From NCBI RefSeq assembly GCF_009914755.1, contig NC_060931.1: a DNA stretch of 64,000 bases; one strand, given 5' to 3'. The stretch's first letter is position 1; the number at the start of each line of letters is the position of its first letter. Positions 41,787 through 53,410 of the stretch are shown here, in pieces. The stretch is from the human T2T-CHM13v2.0 reference genome, Homo sapiens. A program made the position numbers and the translations under genes. The notes under the pieces were generated by a model. The model searched no databases. It worked only from the letters and a program-made list of their open reading frames with translations, and was not told the origin of the DNA.

Positions 41787-41931
41787 TGTAGGGAAAAGAA
41801 AGAGAGATCAGATTGTTACTGTGTCTATGTAGAAAGGGAAGACATAAGAAACTCCATTTTGACCTGTACCCTGAACAATTGCTTTGCCCTGAGATGCTGT
41901 TAATCTGTAACTTTGCCCCAACCTCTTTGCC
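41787..41931 (+). mobile_element. HERV-K(HML-2) LTR5-type U3 5' fragment (145 bp), inverted relative to the adjacent provirus remnant
   Basis: TGTAGGGAAAAGAAAGAGAGATCAGATTGTTACTG is the canonical LTR5 start; it is the reverse complement of 43114-43258 with 6 mismatches. Confidence 0.92.
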
Positions 41932-42108
41932 AATTTTTTCCCAATCTTTTAGATCTGAAGTTCCCTGTTCTGGAAACCATGGGCAGAATTGTTCTATTGT
42001 TTGAAATAGCATAATTAGATTTTCTGTAGAAGTTTTAACTCCCCCTCTTCCTGAGAGAATTTTAATGAAGCTGAGATAAGAGGCATATTTACTTTCAGTT
42101 TGCCCCAT
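41924..42108 (-). pseudogene. gag: HERV-K(HML-2) gag 5' fragment (matrix N-terminus, MGQTESKYASYLSFIKIL...CPWFPEQGTSDLKDWEKIGKE)
   Basis: ATG at 42108-42106 within track ORF 41692..42201. About 62 codons of recognisable HML-2 MA, then truncated. Confidence 0.92.
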
Positions 42109-42232
42109 TGTTACCCTGGGTACCTCCAAGCACACAAGCTTACCGCAAGGCTGACCATAGACATACTCGGGAATCTCTCCTTGGCTGTCCTCAATGCTCA
42201 CGTTCTTAGCGTACCTTCACCCTAGAGAAAGG

Positions 42233-42250
42233 CACCCATGTTGGGCGGCA
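42233..42250 (-). other. Degenerate tRNA-Lys primer-binding site
   Basis: TGCCGCCCAACATGGGTG, 2 nt after the LTR end; 14/18 match to TGGCGCCCAACGTGGGGC. Confidence 0.85.
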
Positions 42251-42252
42251 GA

Positions 42253-43258
42253 TGAAGGGGTGGCCTGCCCCTCCACACCTGTGGGTATATCTCGTCAGGT
42301 GGGATGAGAGACTGAGAAAAGAAATGAGACACAGACACAAAGTATAGAGAAACAACAGCGGGTCCAGGAGACTGGCACTCAGCATACCAAGGACCTGCAC
42401 GAGTCTCTGAGTTCCCTCAGTTTTTATTGATTATTATTTTCACTATCTCAGCAAGAGGAATGCAGTAGGAAAGCAGGGCGATAATAGGGAGAAGGTCAGC
42501 AAGAAAACATGTGAGCAAAAGAATCTGTGTCATAATTAAGTTCAAGGGGAGGTACTATGCCTGGATGTGCACGTAGGCCAGATTTATGTTTCTCTCCACC
42601 CAAACATCTCAGTGGAGTAAAGAATAACAAAGCAGCATTGCTGCCAACATGTCTCACCTCCCTCCATAGGGTGGTTTTTCTCCTATCTCAGAATTGAACA
42701 AATGTATAATGGGGTTTTATACCAAGACATTCAGTTCCCAGGGGCAGGCAGGAGACAGTGGCCTTCCTCTATCTCAACTGCAAGAGGCTTTCCTCTTTTA
42801 CTAATCCACCTCAGCACAGACCCTTTACAGGTGTCGGGCTGGGGGACGGTCAGGTCTTTCTCATCCCACGAGGCCATATTTCAGACTGTCACATGGGGAG
42901 AAACCTTGGACAATACCCGGCTTTCCAGGGCAGAGTTCCCTGTGGCTTTCTGCAGTGCACTGTGCCCCTGATTTATCAAGACTTGAGAATGGCGATGACT
43001 TTTATGAAGCATACTCTTTGTAAACATTTTGTTAACAAGTCACATCCTGCACAGCTGTAGATCCCTTAAACCTTGATTCCACGCAACATATGTTTTTGTG
43101 AGCTCAAGGTTGGGGCAAAGAGGTTGGGGCAAAGTTACAGATTAACAGCATCTCAGGGCAAAGCAATTGTTCAAGGTACAGGTCAAAATGGAGCTTCTTA
43201 TGTCTTCCCTTTCTTCATAGACACGGTAACAGTCTGATCTCTCTTTCTCTTCCCTACA
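42253..43258 (-). mobile_element. Complete HERV-K(HML-2) 5' LTR (LTR5A/LTR5B-like), about 1.0 kb
   Basis: Starts TGTAGGG and ends GGGGCAGGCCACCCCTTCA; AATAAA at 42428-42423; followed by PBS, leader and gag. Confidence 0.93.
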
Positions 43259-43438
43259 CCATCCATCCATCATCCATCCATCCATCCATCCATCCGTTCA
43301 TCCATCATCCATCCATCCATCATTCATGCATCCATTCATCCATCCATCCATCCATCCATCCATCCATCCATCATTCATCCATCCATTCATCCATCCATCC
43401 ATCCATCCATCCATCCATCCATCCATCCATCCATCCAT
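43259..43438. repeat. (CCAT)n microsatellite
   Basis: Direct reading. A short related stretch (CATCTATTCATCCATC) lies left of the ERV at 41771-41786. Confidence 0.95.
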
Positions 43439-44487
43439 TTACTCTTCCTTTCCTCCATTTCTCCCTCCCTCCCTCCCTCTCTGTATCTATTCATGCATCA
43501 ACTCACCCAACTATTTAGCATTCATTGAGGTTTCCTATGTACTCAGACCATGCTGGACCAGGGGTCCTCATCTGTTCCCTGTTGTTATTTTCTTATCCTG
43601 TAAAGGAGGGAAGAAGAAACTGAAGAGGAACTTCAGATTCCACCCCAGCTCTATCCTACCTAGCCCTGTGACCTCTCTGGGCCTCAGCCTCTCTGTCTTC
43701 AGGAGGGCTTCGTCTTGTAGTTTTCAGTCCACTCTGATGTTTCCTGGCTATGGGGACTGCTCATTCGCGGCAGGGGAGCCCTGCCTGCATGCTGTTCCTG
43801 CTACCTGGATGTGGGGTCTCAGGAGAACCCTGGCTGCATACGTGCCTCAGCCTCCTTCTGGAGACCAGGTGGGAGGTCTGCCCTTAGTGTGGGACACCAT
43901 GAGCTTGCCCTTCCTTTTGTGTGAGCTCAGTGCTGTAGGAACCAGGCCTGGTGTGGTAAGAAATTTCATTTCCACCCTCTACCTCCATCCCTGCCTGGAT
44001 AGCTCAGCCCTGCCCAGAGCCTGTGTGGCTATGGAGCTGCTCACCTAGGCAGAGGTGAGACCTGGGAGGGAGTAGGGATGGCCTCCAGCCAAAGTTGAGG
44101 CCTGCTTACTGGGGACAGGATGATAGAGCCCAGCTCACTGCCCTGCCCTGCCTTTAAAGTCCTGCTCACATTTTACCTCCTTGGAGAAGTCTGATATGAG
44201 ACAGTTGGAAGGGTAAGGAAGGATTATGCATGCATGCACACACACGGGCATGTATGCGTGTGTGCACACATACAGAGATATACAGACAGATGGGACACAC
44301 ACAAGCAAACACACCCACACTTCCTCGGGCAGGGCATACCTGCTCGCTCAGCCAGTGTCTCTGAATCAGGCCATGTTGTTTGTCTTTCCTTGCCCATCCC
44401 TTCTGCTTGTCCTTCTTCTCTGGGCTGGTCTGGGTTCTGTCATCTCTCCTCTGCTCGAAAACAATCTCTTAGGCCTCTGGGCATCCA

Positions 44488-45376
44488 TTGTGATAGGCAG
44501 AAGAATGGTTCCTGAAGAGGTCCACATCCTAATCCCAGAACCTGTGAACATTAGGTCACATGGCAAAGGGAAATTAAGGTTCACATGCAATTAAGATTTC
44601 AGTCTTAGTCTGTGTGTACTGCTGTAACAAAATACCTGAGACTGGATAACTTGTAAAGGACAGACATTTATTTCGTACAGTTCTGGAGGTTGGAAGTCTA
44701 AGATCAAGGCACAGGCTGGTTCACTGTCTCTGCCAGAAGCCCAGTCTCTGCTTCTAAGATGGTGCCTTGTTGCTGTGTCCTCTGGAGGAGACATACCCTG
44801 AGTGCTCCCATGGCAGAGAAGCAAAGGGCTTAAGCTAGTTTCCTCCAGCCCTTTTACAAGGCACGAATCTATGACTGAATCACTGTCCAAAAGGCCCCAT
44901 CTCCCTCTCCCAATATCACCACCATGGGGATTAAGCTTTAACACATGAATTTTTGCGGAAGACACATTTAAACCACAGCAGTTACTAATCAGCTGACTTG
45001 AGATGGGGTGATTATCCTGGATTATCCAGATGGACCCATTGTAATCACAAGAATACTTACAAGTAGAAGAGGGGGCAGGAGAATGAGAAGCAGAGAGACG
45101 GCAGTGTGGGAAAGACTTGGGGCAGTGTTGCTGGCTTTGATGCAGGAAGGGGCCATGAGGCAAGGAATGCAAGCAGATTCTACAGGCTGGAAAAGCCAAG
45201 GAAGCAGTTTGTCCCCTAGAACCTCCAGAAGGATTGCAGCCCTGCTGACACCTTGATTTTAGCTCCATCAAACCCATTTTGGACATCTGATTGTTAGAGT
45301 GGTGAGAGAATACATTTGTGGGTTTAAGCCATTAAGTTCATGGTGATTTGTTACAACAGCAATCAGAAATGAATAC
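44488..45376 (+). mobile_element. MLT1D/E-like LTR split by an antisense MST-type LTR (about 44600-44980)
   Basis: The MLT1 start (GTCCACATCCTAATCCCAGAACCTGTGAA) resumes at CTAATCAGCTGAC...GATTATCCTGGATTATCC after the inserted opposite-strand MaLR. Confidence 0.72.
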
Positions 45377-46029
45377 ATTCATCCATTTAGCTGGTCTTTC
45401 TCTCACTTGACACTCTGACTTGTGTTACAGTTTCCTGTGACTGGCTGCAGAGACATTATTGTCCTGTTAGTTGACAACTTGCAAAACCATACACAATGGC
45501 TCTGACTGACTGTGGGACCCTGGAAATGCCCCCTTTGCTCTCTTGTCCTCATCCCTCCATCTCTGCAGTTGGGGCTGGGTTAAGGGCCCTTCAGCTTCAA
45601 CATCCTGGGTCTTGGGGTTTTCTATAAACTAGGCATGAGTTCCACTAGTATGTTGGAGGAACGGAACCGGGAGCCACCAGAGTGACAGGTCAGCCTGGGG
45701 TCTGCCTCTCCAGTCTCAAGTGTAGGACCACCCTGTCTCAAAACAGCCTCATTCTTGGGGAAACACCACTCCAGGGTCAGAGGCCACCAGGGCTGTTTCT
45801 CTCCTGCCTCAAACAAACTTTCTTGAGGCTGGAAGACTGTCTGCTGGATGTGAGCCTGGATGGTGCTATCATCTGAAAAGTGGGAAAACTTGAGGGCTTA
45901 ATACCATCGTCAGAAATCCACCAGAAGACTGGAAAATGCTCTGGACAGTTTTCCCTTCTGTTGCCATCTACCTCCCTGCAGCAGAGGCTGAAGTAGCCAC
46001 CTACATCTCCCTGGGCCCTTCCCTTGTTG

Positions 46030-46365
46030 TGCTGTAAACATTTGCAACTCTTTGCCTAAAGACTTATCCTGACAGCCAGAGTCTCCACCCCACAAGCATG
46101 TCAGGCCAAGGGCTGGAGATTTAAAGGTTTCTGGAGCAGCCTTCAATCTATGACTGGCAGGCAATGATGTATAACTACCTCCACTCCCTCGCCCCTCAGG
46201 TGAGATAACTGGAAGGCACGTGTCCTACACTGGCCCTCAGCATTCCCTGGCAGGAGGAAGCGCTACTTACTCAGAGGGACAACACTATTTATTGTGGGGA
46301 TATCCAAAATATAACCTTGGATCCTTGTTTCAGGATCTGCTTTTGGGGAATCCAAACCAAGATAT
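46030..46365 (+). mobile_element. ERVL LTR16-like remnant
   Basis: CATTTGCAACTCTTTGCCTAAAG and terminal TCAGGATCTGCTTTTGGGGAATCCAAACCAAGA motifs. Confidence 0.5.
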
Positions 46366-47899
46366 CACATTTCCTCACTACTTCCCCTTCCTCTAGTTTC
46401 TGCTCTGCCACTTACTTGCTGCTGGGGAGCCCTGAGCCAGGGTCCTCTGTGGAATGGGGCTTATGCTATCTATAGCTTGACTGCCTATATTGCCTTCCCT
46501 GGTGCTTACCACCCTAGGGGAAGCCCCAGTCTGGAATTGAGGTGGTTGCCTGCACTCCTTTGGAGCTGAGGGCAGGGGGTCCTGTCTCAAGGCCATGATG
46601 GTATCAGAGGCCAGCATTCTCTGCTTGTGACCTGCTCAGCTTTGGGGGCCCAGACCTATCAGTCACTCACCTCTGAGGTAGTGAATGAGCTCATCTGCCC
46701 ACTTCAGCCTCCTGGGAAGGACAAGGGAAGCAGAGGGGAAGGAGAAAATGGGTGCAGGTGGAAATAAACAGTCTGGCTTTAGTCCTAGGACCAGACAGGG
46801 CAGGGAGGACTGAGACTCTAAGAAGGGTCGAGGCCTGTGTGGCTTTGAACAGGAAGAACCTCACCCCTCCTAGAAGCCAAGACCATCAACCATGGCCCCG
46901 ATCCTCTTCTTTCTGTTTCAGAACATCATTTAAGCCCCTCTAGCTAGACCCATTGCCTTCATCTGAACCCATCTTTTCATCCTGCCTCATTTTCAATCTG
47001 TTCTCAACTGAACTCTCCCCAGATACATTCCATATTTCCCACCTGTAGGCTTGGGGGCAGCCAGGAGTCCTAAGCTGAGGGAAGAGTGCATACAAAGACC
47101 CAACAATGAGGACAAGCATGGTGAATCCAGAGACCACTGGGCTGCGGTGCTTGACCCGCTGCATTGAGAAGTTTGGAATTATAAAAGCAATGGGGAGCCA
47201 TGGAAGGCTTTATGGTGGGGGGAGGAGATGGGGCTCAGCTTCTTTTCCATCAACTTGGGTCAGATCCATCCTTTAGGGATGGTGGCAGGCTCAAATGCTC
47301 ACAAGTAATTTGGAACTTTCCACATTTCTTGTCCTGACCCCTAAACGCCAGTAGCACTCCATTGGCATTTTGATAATGGAAAATACCTCCCTGGAGAGGG
47401 CTATGCCCTCCCAAGTTGAGGACCACTGATGGGGAACCTCACTGGTACCCTGGGCAGTGGCTGGATGCATGGAGAGGCAATGAGGGCAGGGGCTGGAGGG
47501 GTGGGCAGGACCCAGAACCGGGGCCTGGGAACCAGGGAAGGGGCTACCTCCTGCCTACCCAGTGCCCCTGAGTCCCAGAACAAAAGCAGCAGCCTCATCA
47601 GCTCCCTTGGGGCAGGGTTGAGCACAGGACTTTCCCTCTTCCCTTCAAGAGCTGCTCCCTCCACCCCCTGCTCCCCTCCCTCCGCTGCTCCCCTCCCTCC
47701 CCTGCTGCTTCTACTGAGGGCTTAATACTGGGTGTCAGAAGGCAAGTTCCAGCCGATAGGAGAGGAAAGAGTGCAAGGACACCCAAGGACACCTGAAAGG
47801 CTGGCAACAGTGGTGGTTGCCTTCGGGTGCCTAGGGATCCTTTCTGCCTTGTAAATTTTGTTGCATGTTCGTGTGTGACTTAAGTTTTATATTATTTAA

Positions 47900-48450
47900 A
47901 AAAAAAGTAATTTCAAATGTCAGAAGAGTTGCAAGAAATGTACAAGGAACTCCCATCTACCCTTCACTCAGATTCATCAATTGTTGCCATTTTGCCATCT
48001 TTGTGTTATCATCATTGCCCTGTGTATATGTATAAATATATACACAACAATATTCACAGCCATGCATACACATATATGTACATTATGCCTTAAATACTTC
48101 CTACTTCTGTGTGCATTTCCTAAAAACAAGGACATTCTTTTACATAACCACAGTACGGTGATCACAGTCAGGAACTAGAACCCTGACATAGTACTATTAG
48201 CTAAGCCACATGGTCCATATTCAGGTTTTGCCAGTGGTCCCAATAAAGTCCTTTCCAGTTGTGTTTTCCCTGTCCAGGATCCCCTCCAGGATCAGGTGTT
48301 GTGTTTACGGGTCCTATTTCTTTGTTCTCCTTTAATTGGGGGTGGTTCCTCAGCCTTCCCTTGTCTCTCATGACCTTGCCACTCTTGTTATTTGGTAGGG
48401 TGTCCCTCCATTCAGAATTGTCTGATGTTTCCTCATGATTAGCTTCAGAA
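47900..48450 (-). mobile_element. Old L1 (L1MC/L1ME-type) 3' region, antisense
   Basis: TTCCTAAAAACAAGGACATTCTTTTACATAACCACAGTAC; TCTGATGTTTCCTCATGATTAG. Confidence 0.65.
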
Positions 48451-48687
48451 AACAAGTGGTGTTTAAAAGTAACGATGAGGAGTTGTTGAAGCCTAGGAGC
48501 CTAAGAAATGGAGGAAGCCTCACGTAAGAGGTTTTGGAGGCTGGCAAGCCAGGTTTTGACGCTCAGTTTTGTCATGATTCATTCACCCATTCAGGAACGA
48601 TCTATTGAACATGTTTGATGAATCTGGCACTGCTCTGGTGTCCTAGAATATATGAGTGAACAAAAACAAAAACTTCACCCTGTAGAG

Positions 48688-49101
48688 TGTCATGGGTTGA
48701 AAAGTGATGCCCCTTCCCTGCAGCCTCACAGTGGGACCCTGTTTGGATACAGCGTCTTTGTAGATGTAATTAAGGAACAGATCTTGAGACCAACCTGGAT
48801 TACTAGGATGGGTCCTCCTTCCAATAATGAGTGTCCTTATGAGAGACAGAAGACACAGACACACAGCGGGGAAGGACGCGTGGAGACGCAGGCAGAGGTT
48901 GGAATTAGGCTGTCACAAGCCATGGGATGCCAGGAGCTGCCAGAACCTGGATCCTCCTCTGGAGCTTTTGGAGGGAGCATGGCTCTGTCGGCACCTTGAT
49001 TTTGGACTTCTGGCCTCCGCGACTGTGAGAGAATAAATGTCTGCTGTTTAAGCACCCTGGTCTGTGGTGCTTTGTTACAGCAGTACCAGGAAACCAATAC
49101 C
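48688..49101 (+). mobile_element. MaLR LTR (MLT1B/C-like)
   Basis: CACCTTGATTTTGGACTTCTGGCCTCC...GTGAGAGAATAAATGTCTGCTGTTTAAGC terminal motifs. Confidence 0.75.
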
Positions 49102-49725
49102 TGCAGGCTCCATTCTAGTGGGTGGTGTAGGGGCAGGCTACACCCCAGCAATGAGCTTCAGCAAATTTCTTTACTTCACCAACTTTTCATTGCCTTCGTT
49201 AAAAATCAGGATAATGGCACCTGACTCAAGTGGGGATTAATGGATAATGAAAAGCAAGTACCTAGAACATAGGAGGTGCTTTATAATTGACAGCAGTTAC
49301 TACTGTAGCCTGCCAATACCTCCAACAAGAACCTAAAAGAAAGGTTTGCCCAGGCAATGCTCTTCTGGACAGGTAGCTGCAGAGCAACTTCGTCTGATCA
49401 GATTCCAGCTCCCTAGGAGCCGGCAGGTGGTACGGAATTCTAGAGAGTTCTGTTCCTTTAAGCAGACACAAAGGGGATAAATCGGCCTCTGCAGCCTCCT
49501 GGCTCAGAACATCTAAACCAGCATGCTTTTATGCTTCCAGGCAGGCCGGGGTCTGCCAGAGTCCATTGTCTCCTAAAGGGTTGATTAATTGGGAGCCGGT
49601 AATTGGTTTTGGCTGCGGGACTGGGGAGGTCACAGCCTCTCCGGGATGGAGAGCTCTATGTGTGAAGACACACGGGGCAAGGTGGCTGGAGCCCAGAGCT
49701 GTGAGGGAAGAATGGGACTTCTTCC

Positions 49726-49742
49726 GTGTGTGTGTGTGTGTG

Positions 49743-49777
<35 letters not shown>

Positions 49778-49799
49778 CTGAGGGAGAGAGAGAGAGAGA
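49726..49799. repeat. Compound (TG)n(GA)n microsatellite
   Basis: Direct reading. Confidence 0.95.
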
Positions 49800-49823
49800 T
49801 TGAGAATTATGACTCCTCTCTGA

Positions 49824-50144
<321 letters not shown>

Positions 50145-51804
50145 GGGGTGCAGTGATGTTCAGCAAGTGAGGCTGCAGGCCCCAGAGTAGTTATTCTGCC
50201 ACCATCCCCTGGAGAGCCTGTAGGGGTTGAGAACTTGGAAACCTCCCCCTTGGCCTTCTAGGCCCCAAGAGTTTCCCTGGCCTCTTTCATGTAAAAGGTG
50301 TCCTAGCCATGGTGTAGGCGGTGATTGGGCCAGTGCCACTGTCACCAGCAGGTGGGGGCAGAGGCCACAGGGTCCTGTTTGAAGGTGGGGGCCTGGACCC
50401 CATAGCTTCTTCAAGGCTCTTCTGGGGCCAGGACTCCTGGTCCCACCAAAATGGCCCCATCTCCCGGAGAAAAAATGGCTGCTGAGTGGCAAGAAATGTG
50501 GGACTTCAGATGGTTTGCCAGCTACCCAGAAGCAACAGCCTGGTGTCTGTTGATATTTTAGGTTGCATGATGCAATTCCACCTTAAATTTGCATAGCCAT
50601 TTTTTTTTCCTGCTGAAGCCCTGTCACATCAATCCATTCAATGCCAGCACCTCTTCCTGCTGTGTAGATCAGCGAAAACCTCTTTCTGTTCCCCTAAATG
50701 GTAAACTGAGGCTCCACGAGGTAAAGGGCTTTCCCGTCACCACTCAGCAAGTCAGAGGAGCTTGAGAACTACTGAGTGACCCGTATAGACAGCCCCCGAC
50801 CACCAACAGAGGTGTGCCTCTTAGTGAAGGATGGGGACCTTGTTACCTGGGAAATTCCCTTTGCCTCATCTGCATGGACAGCACTTAGGGTTCAAAGGTT
50901 GTTGAGCACACAGCAGGGAGAGCCTCTGCAGCCAGAAGATAGAAGATGCCACACAGGGCGGCACCTCAGAGCAGCACATTTGTATAACCACACGACAGTC
51001 CACAGGCATCTTCTGCAAAGATCCTGGCAGCTTACACTGATAGCTTGAGTCATGCAAATTGCTAGATTTGGTTTCCATTTATTTGCAGATGAATATCCCT
51101 CTGGAGGCAGGAGGAGGGAGGAGAGCACTGTCTCTTTTTAGTTATTCGGGGCATTATTTTCAAAGCCCTCTGAGCTGAGGCCTGGGACTAAGGGTGATTT
51201 TGATTCTCCAGTGAGTCCTGTTCTGACTGCTATTCACAATAACATGCCCTGTAAATCGTCCAGGACCCAGGCTGATCCTAACCACTTCCTCCCACCCCTG
51301 ACTGCTGCCTCATCCCCCCCCTTCTCTTTGCAACCCCTGCCTCTTGCCTCAAGCAATAAAGCATTAGGAAGTACTGCTGCACACAGTCCTAGGTGTAGGT
51401 CGGTGGGGGGCCAGGGGTCAGCAGGCAGATGCCATGCAGAGGAGCAGGATCCCCTGGGGGAGCAGCTTCCACACTTGCCGCCTTTAGCCAGCCTTGAAGG
51501 ATAAGTCAGATCAGGTCACTCCTCTGCTCAAGTGCCTTCAATGGCTCCCACCTCACTCACAGCAAGAACCATGGGCCTTACAGTGGCCCACAAGGCTCTC
51601 CACACCCATGAACTCCTGCCACCCTCTCCCTCTTTCACTCTCCTTCCATGGCACCAACCTCCTTGCTGTTCCTGGAACTTGCCGGGTGCTCTCCCATCTC
51701 AGGGCCTGTGCCCCAGCTGCTCCCTCCGCCCAGAAGGCACCATAGCATTGCCCTTGCAGAATGAAAGCTGCCTTGCCTAAGAGGTTCCTCTACCTTCCCC
51801 CTTC

Positions 51805-52369
51805 TGTCAGAGATGTGTGAACCAGAGCAACTCCATCTTGAATAGGAGCTCGGTAAAATGAGGCTGAAACCTACTGGGCTACATTCCCAGATGGTTAAGG
51901 CATTCTAAGTCATAGGATGAGACAGGAGGTTGGCTCAAGATACAGGTCATAAAGATCTTGCTGATAAAACAGGTTGCAGTAAAGAAGCCGGCTAAAACCC
52001 TCTAAAACCAAGATGGCCAAGAGAGTGACCCCTGGTCGTCCTCATTGCTACACTCCCACCAGCGCCATGACAGTTTATGAATGTTATGACAATGTCAGGA
52101 AGTTACCCTATATGGTCTAAAAATGGGAGGCATGAATGATCCACCCCTTGTTTAGCATATCATCAAGAAATAACCATAAAAATGAGCAACCAGCAGCCCT
52201 CAGTTCTTCTCTGTCTATGGAATAGTCATTCTTTTATTTTTTTCCTTTCTTAAAAAACTTGCTTTTACTTTACTTTATGGACTTGCCCTGAATTCTTGCT
52301 TGCATCAGATCCAAGAACCCTCTTTTGGATCTGGATCAGGGTCTGGATTGGGACCCCTTTCCTGTAACA
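51805..52369 (+). mobile_element. MER41 solo LTR (MER41A-type)
   Basis: TGTCAGAG...GAACCAGAGCAACTCCATCTTGAATAGG start and CCTGTAACA end; 4-bp TSD CTTC. It lacks the internal GAS-bearing segment (GGGAGG joins directly to CATGAAT). Confidence 0.88.
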
Positions 52370-53141
52370 CTTCCACCTCTGGGCAGCTCACAACCACGGG
52401 CTCACAGACTCAGGGTTGCACAGGCTTCAAGTGGGGACTGAGTGCATGCAATCCACGTCCTGGGGCTCCCCGTGGGACCAGAATGAAACTGACTCCAGTC
52501 CCTGCTCTGCTGCCCCCTGTTCTGCCCTGCTTCCTCGCTTCCTCACTTCCCTCCATACATCACGTGCCCAGATCCTCATCTCAGGCTCTGCTTCTAGGGA
52601 ACTGGATGCAAGACTCGCATTATTTAAAATTGCAAACCGTATCTCTCAACTGCATCCCCTTCACTCCCTGCTTTATTTTTCCTAACTTATCATCTTCTAA
52701 TACATACCTTCAGTTATTTCTTGGTTTTCTTCTTTTGCCCTGTGTAGCAGGTAAAGCCTTAGTTAGAAGGCAGGAATTTTGTCTGTTTTGTTGCCTTTGT
52801 TCACAGTCTGCAAACAGTAGCTGCTCAATAAATAGTTATTGCATGAATGTATGCATGGATTAAGTATTGCTATAGCTGTGAGTGCAGTGGGTACCTAAGG
52901 GCTGGGCTCAGGGAGTACTCCTGGGATGGACAGGATGGGGACTGGTATTGAAGTACTGGTGGGGACCAGCTACAGGAGGAGGAAGAGGAGGGAAGTCTGG
53001 GGAGGGCAGAAGAGTGGGACTGCAAGCAGGGCATTCGGGGTTCAGGGGGACGCCATGGAGGGCAGGCGATGGAAGAGCTGCAAGGGTGTGCTAGACCTTT
53101 AGGCTCTGTCCTGCAGCAAAGTCCCTTATGCTAAAAGCACA

Positions 53142-53410
53142 GGCCGGGCCCAGTGGCACAAGTCTCTAATCCCAGCACTTTGAGAGGCAGAGACAGGCGG
53201 ATCACTTGAAGTCAGGAGTTTGAGACCAGCCTGGCTAACATGGCGAAACCCCGATTCTACTTTAAAAATGCAAAAATTAGCCAGGTGTGGTGGCATGCAC
53301 CTGTAGTCCCAGCCACTCAGGAGGCTGAGGCTGCAGTGAGCCGAGATCATATCACTGCCCTCCAGCCTGGGCAACAGAGAGAGACCTTGTCTCAAAAATT
53401 AAAAAATAAA
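53142..53410 (+). mobile_element. Alu with an internal deletion in the right arm
   Basis: Both arms present; GAGGCTGAGG joins directly to CTGCAGTGAGCCGAG. Confidence 0.9.

Noticed and set aside
43326-44048. 240-aa ORF with HPSI repeats
   Set aside because: Translation of the (CCAT)n microsatellite plus random flank.
51805-52369. MER41 as an interferon-gamma/STAT1 enhancer
   Set aside because: This copy lacks the segment with tandem TTCCNGGAA GAS motifs found in MER41B.
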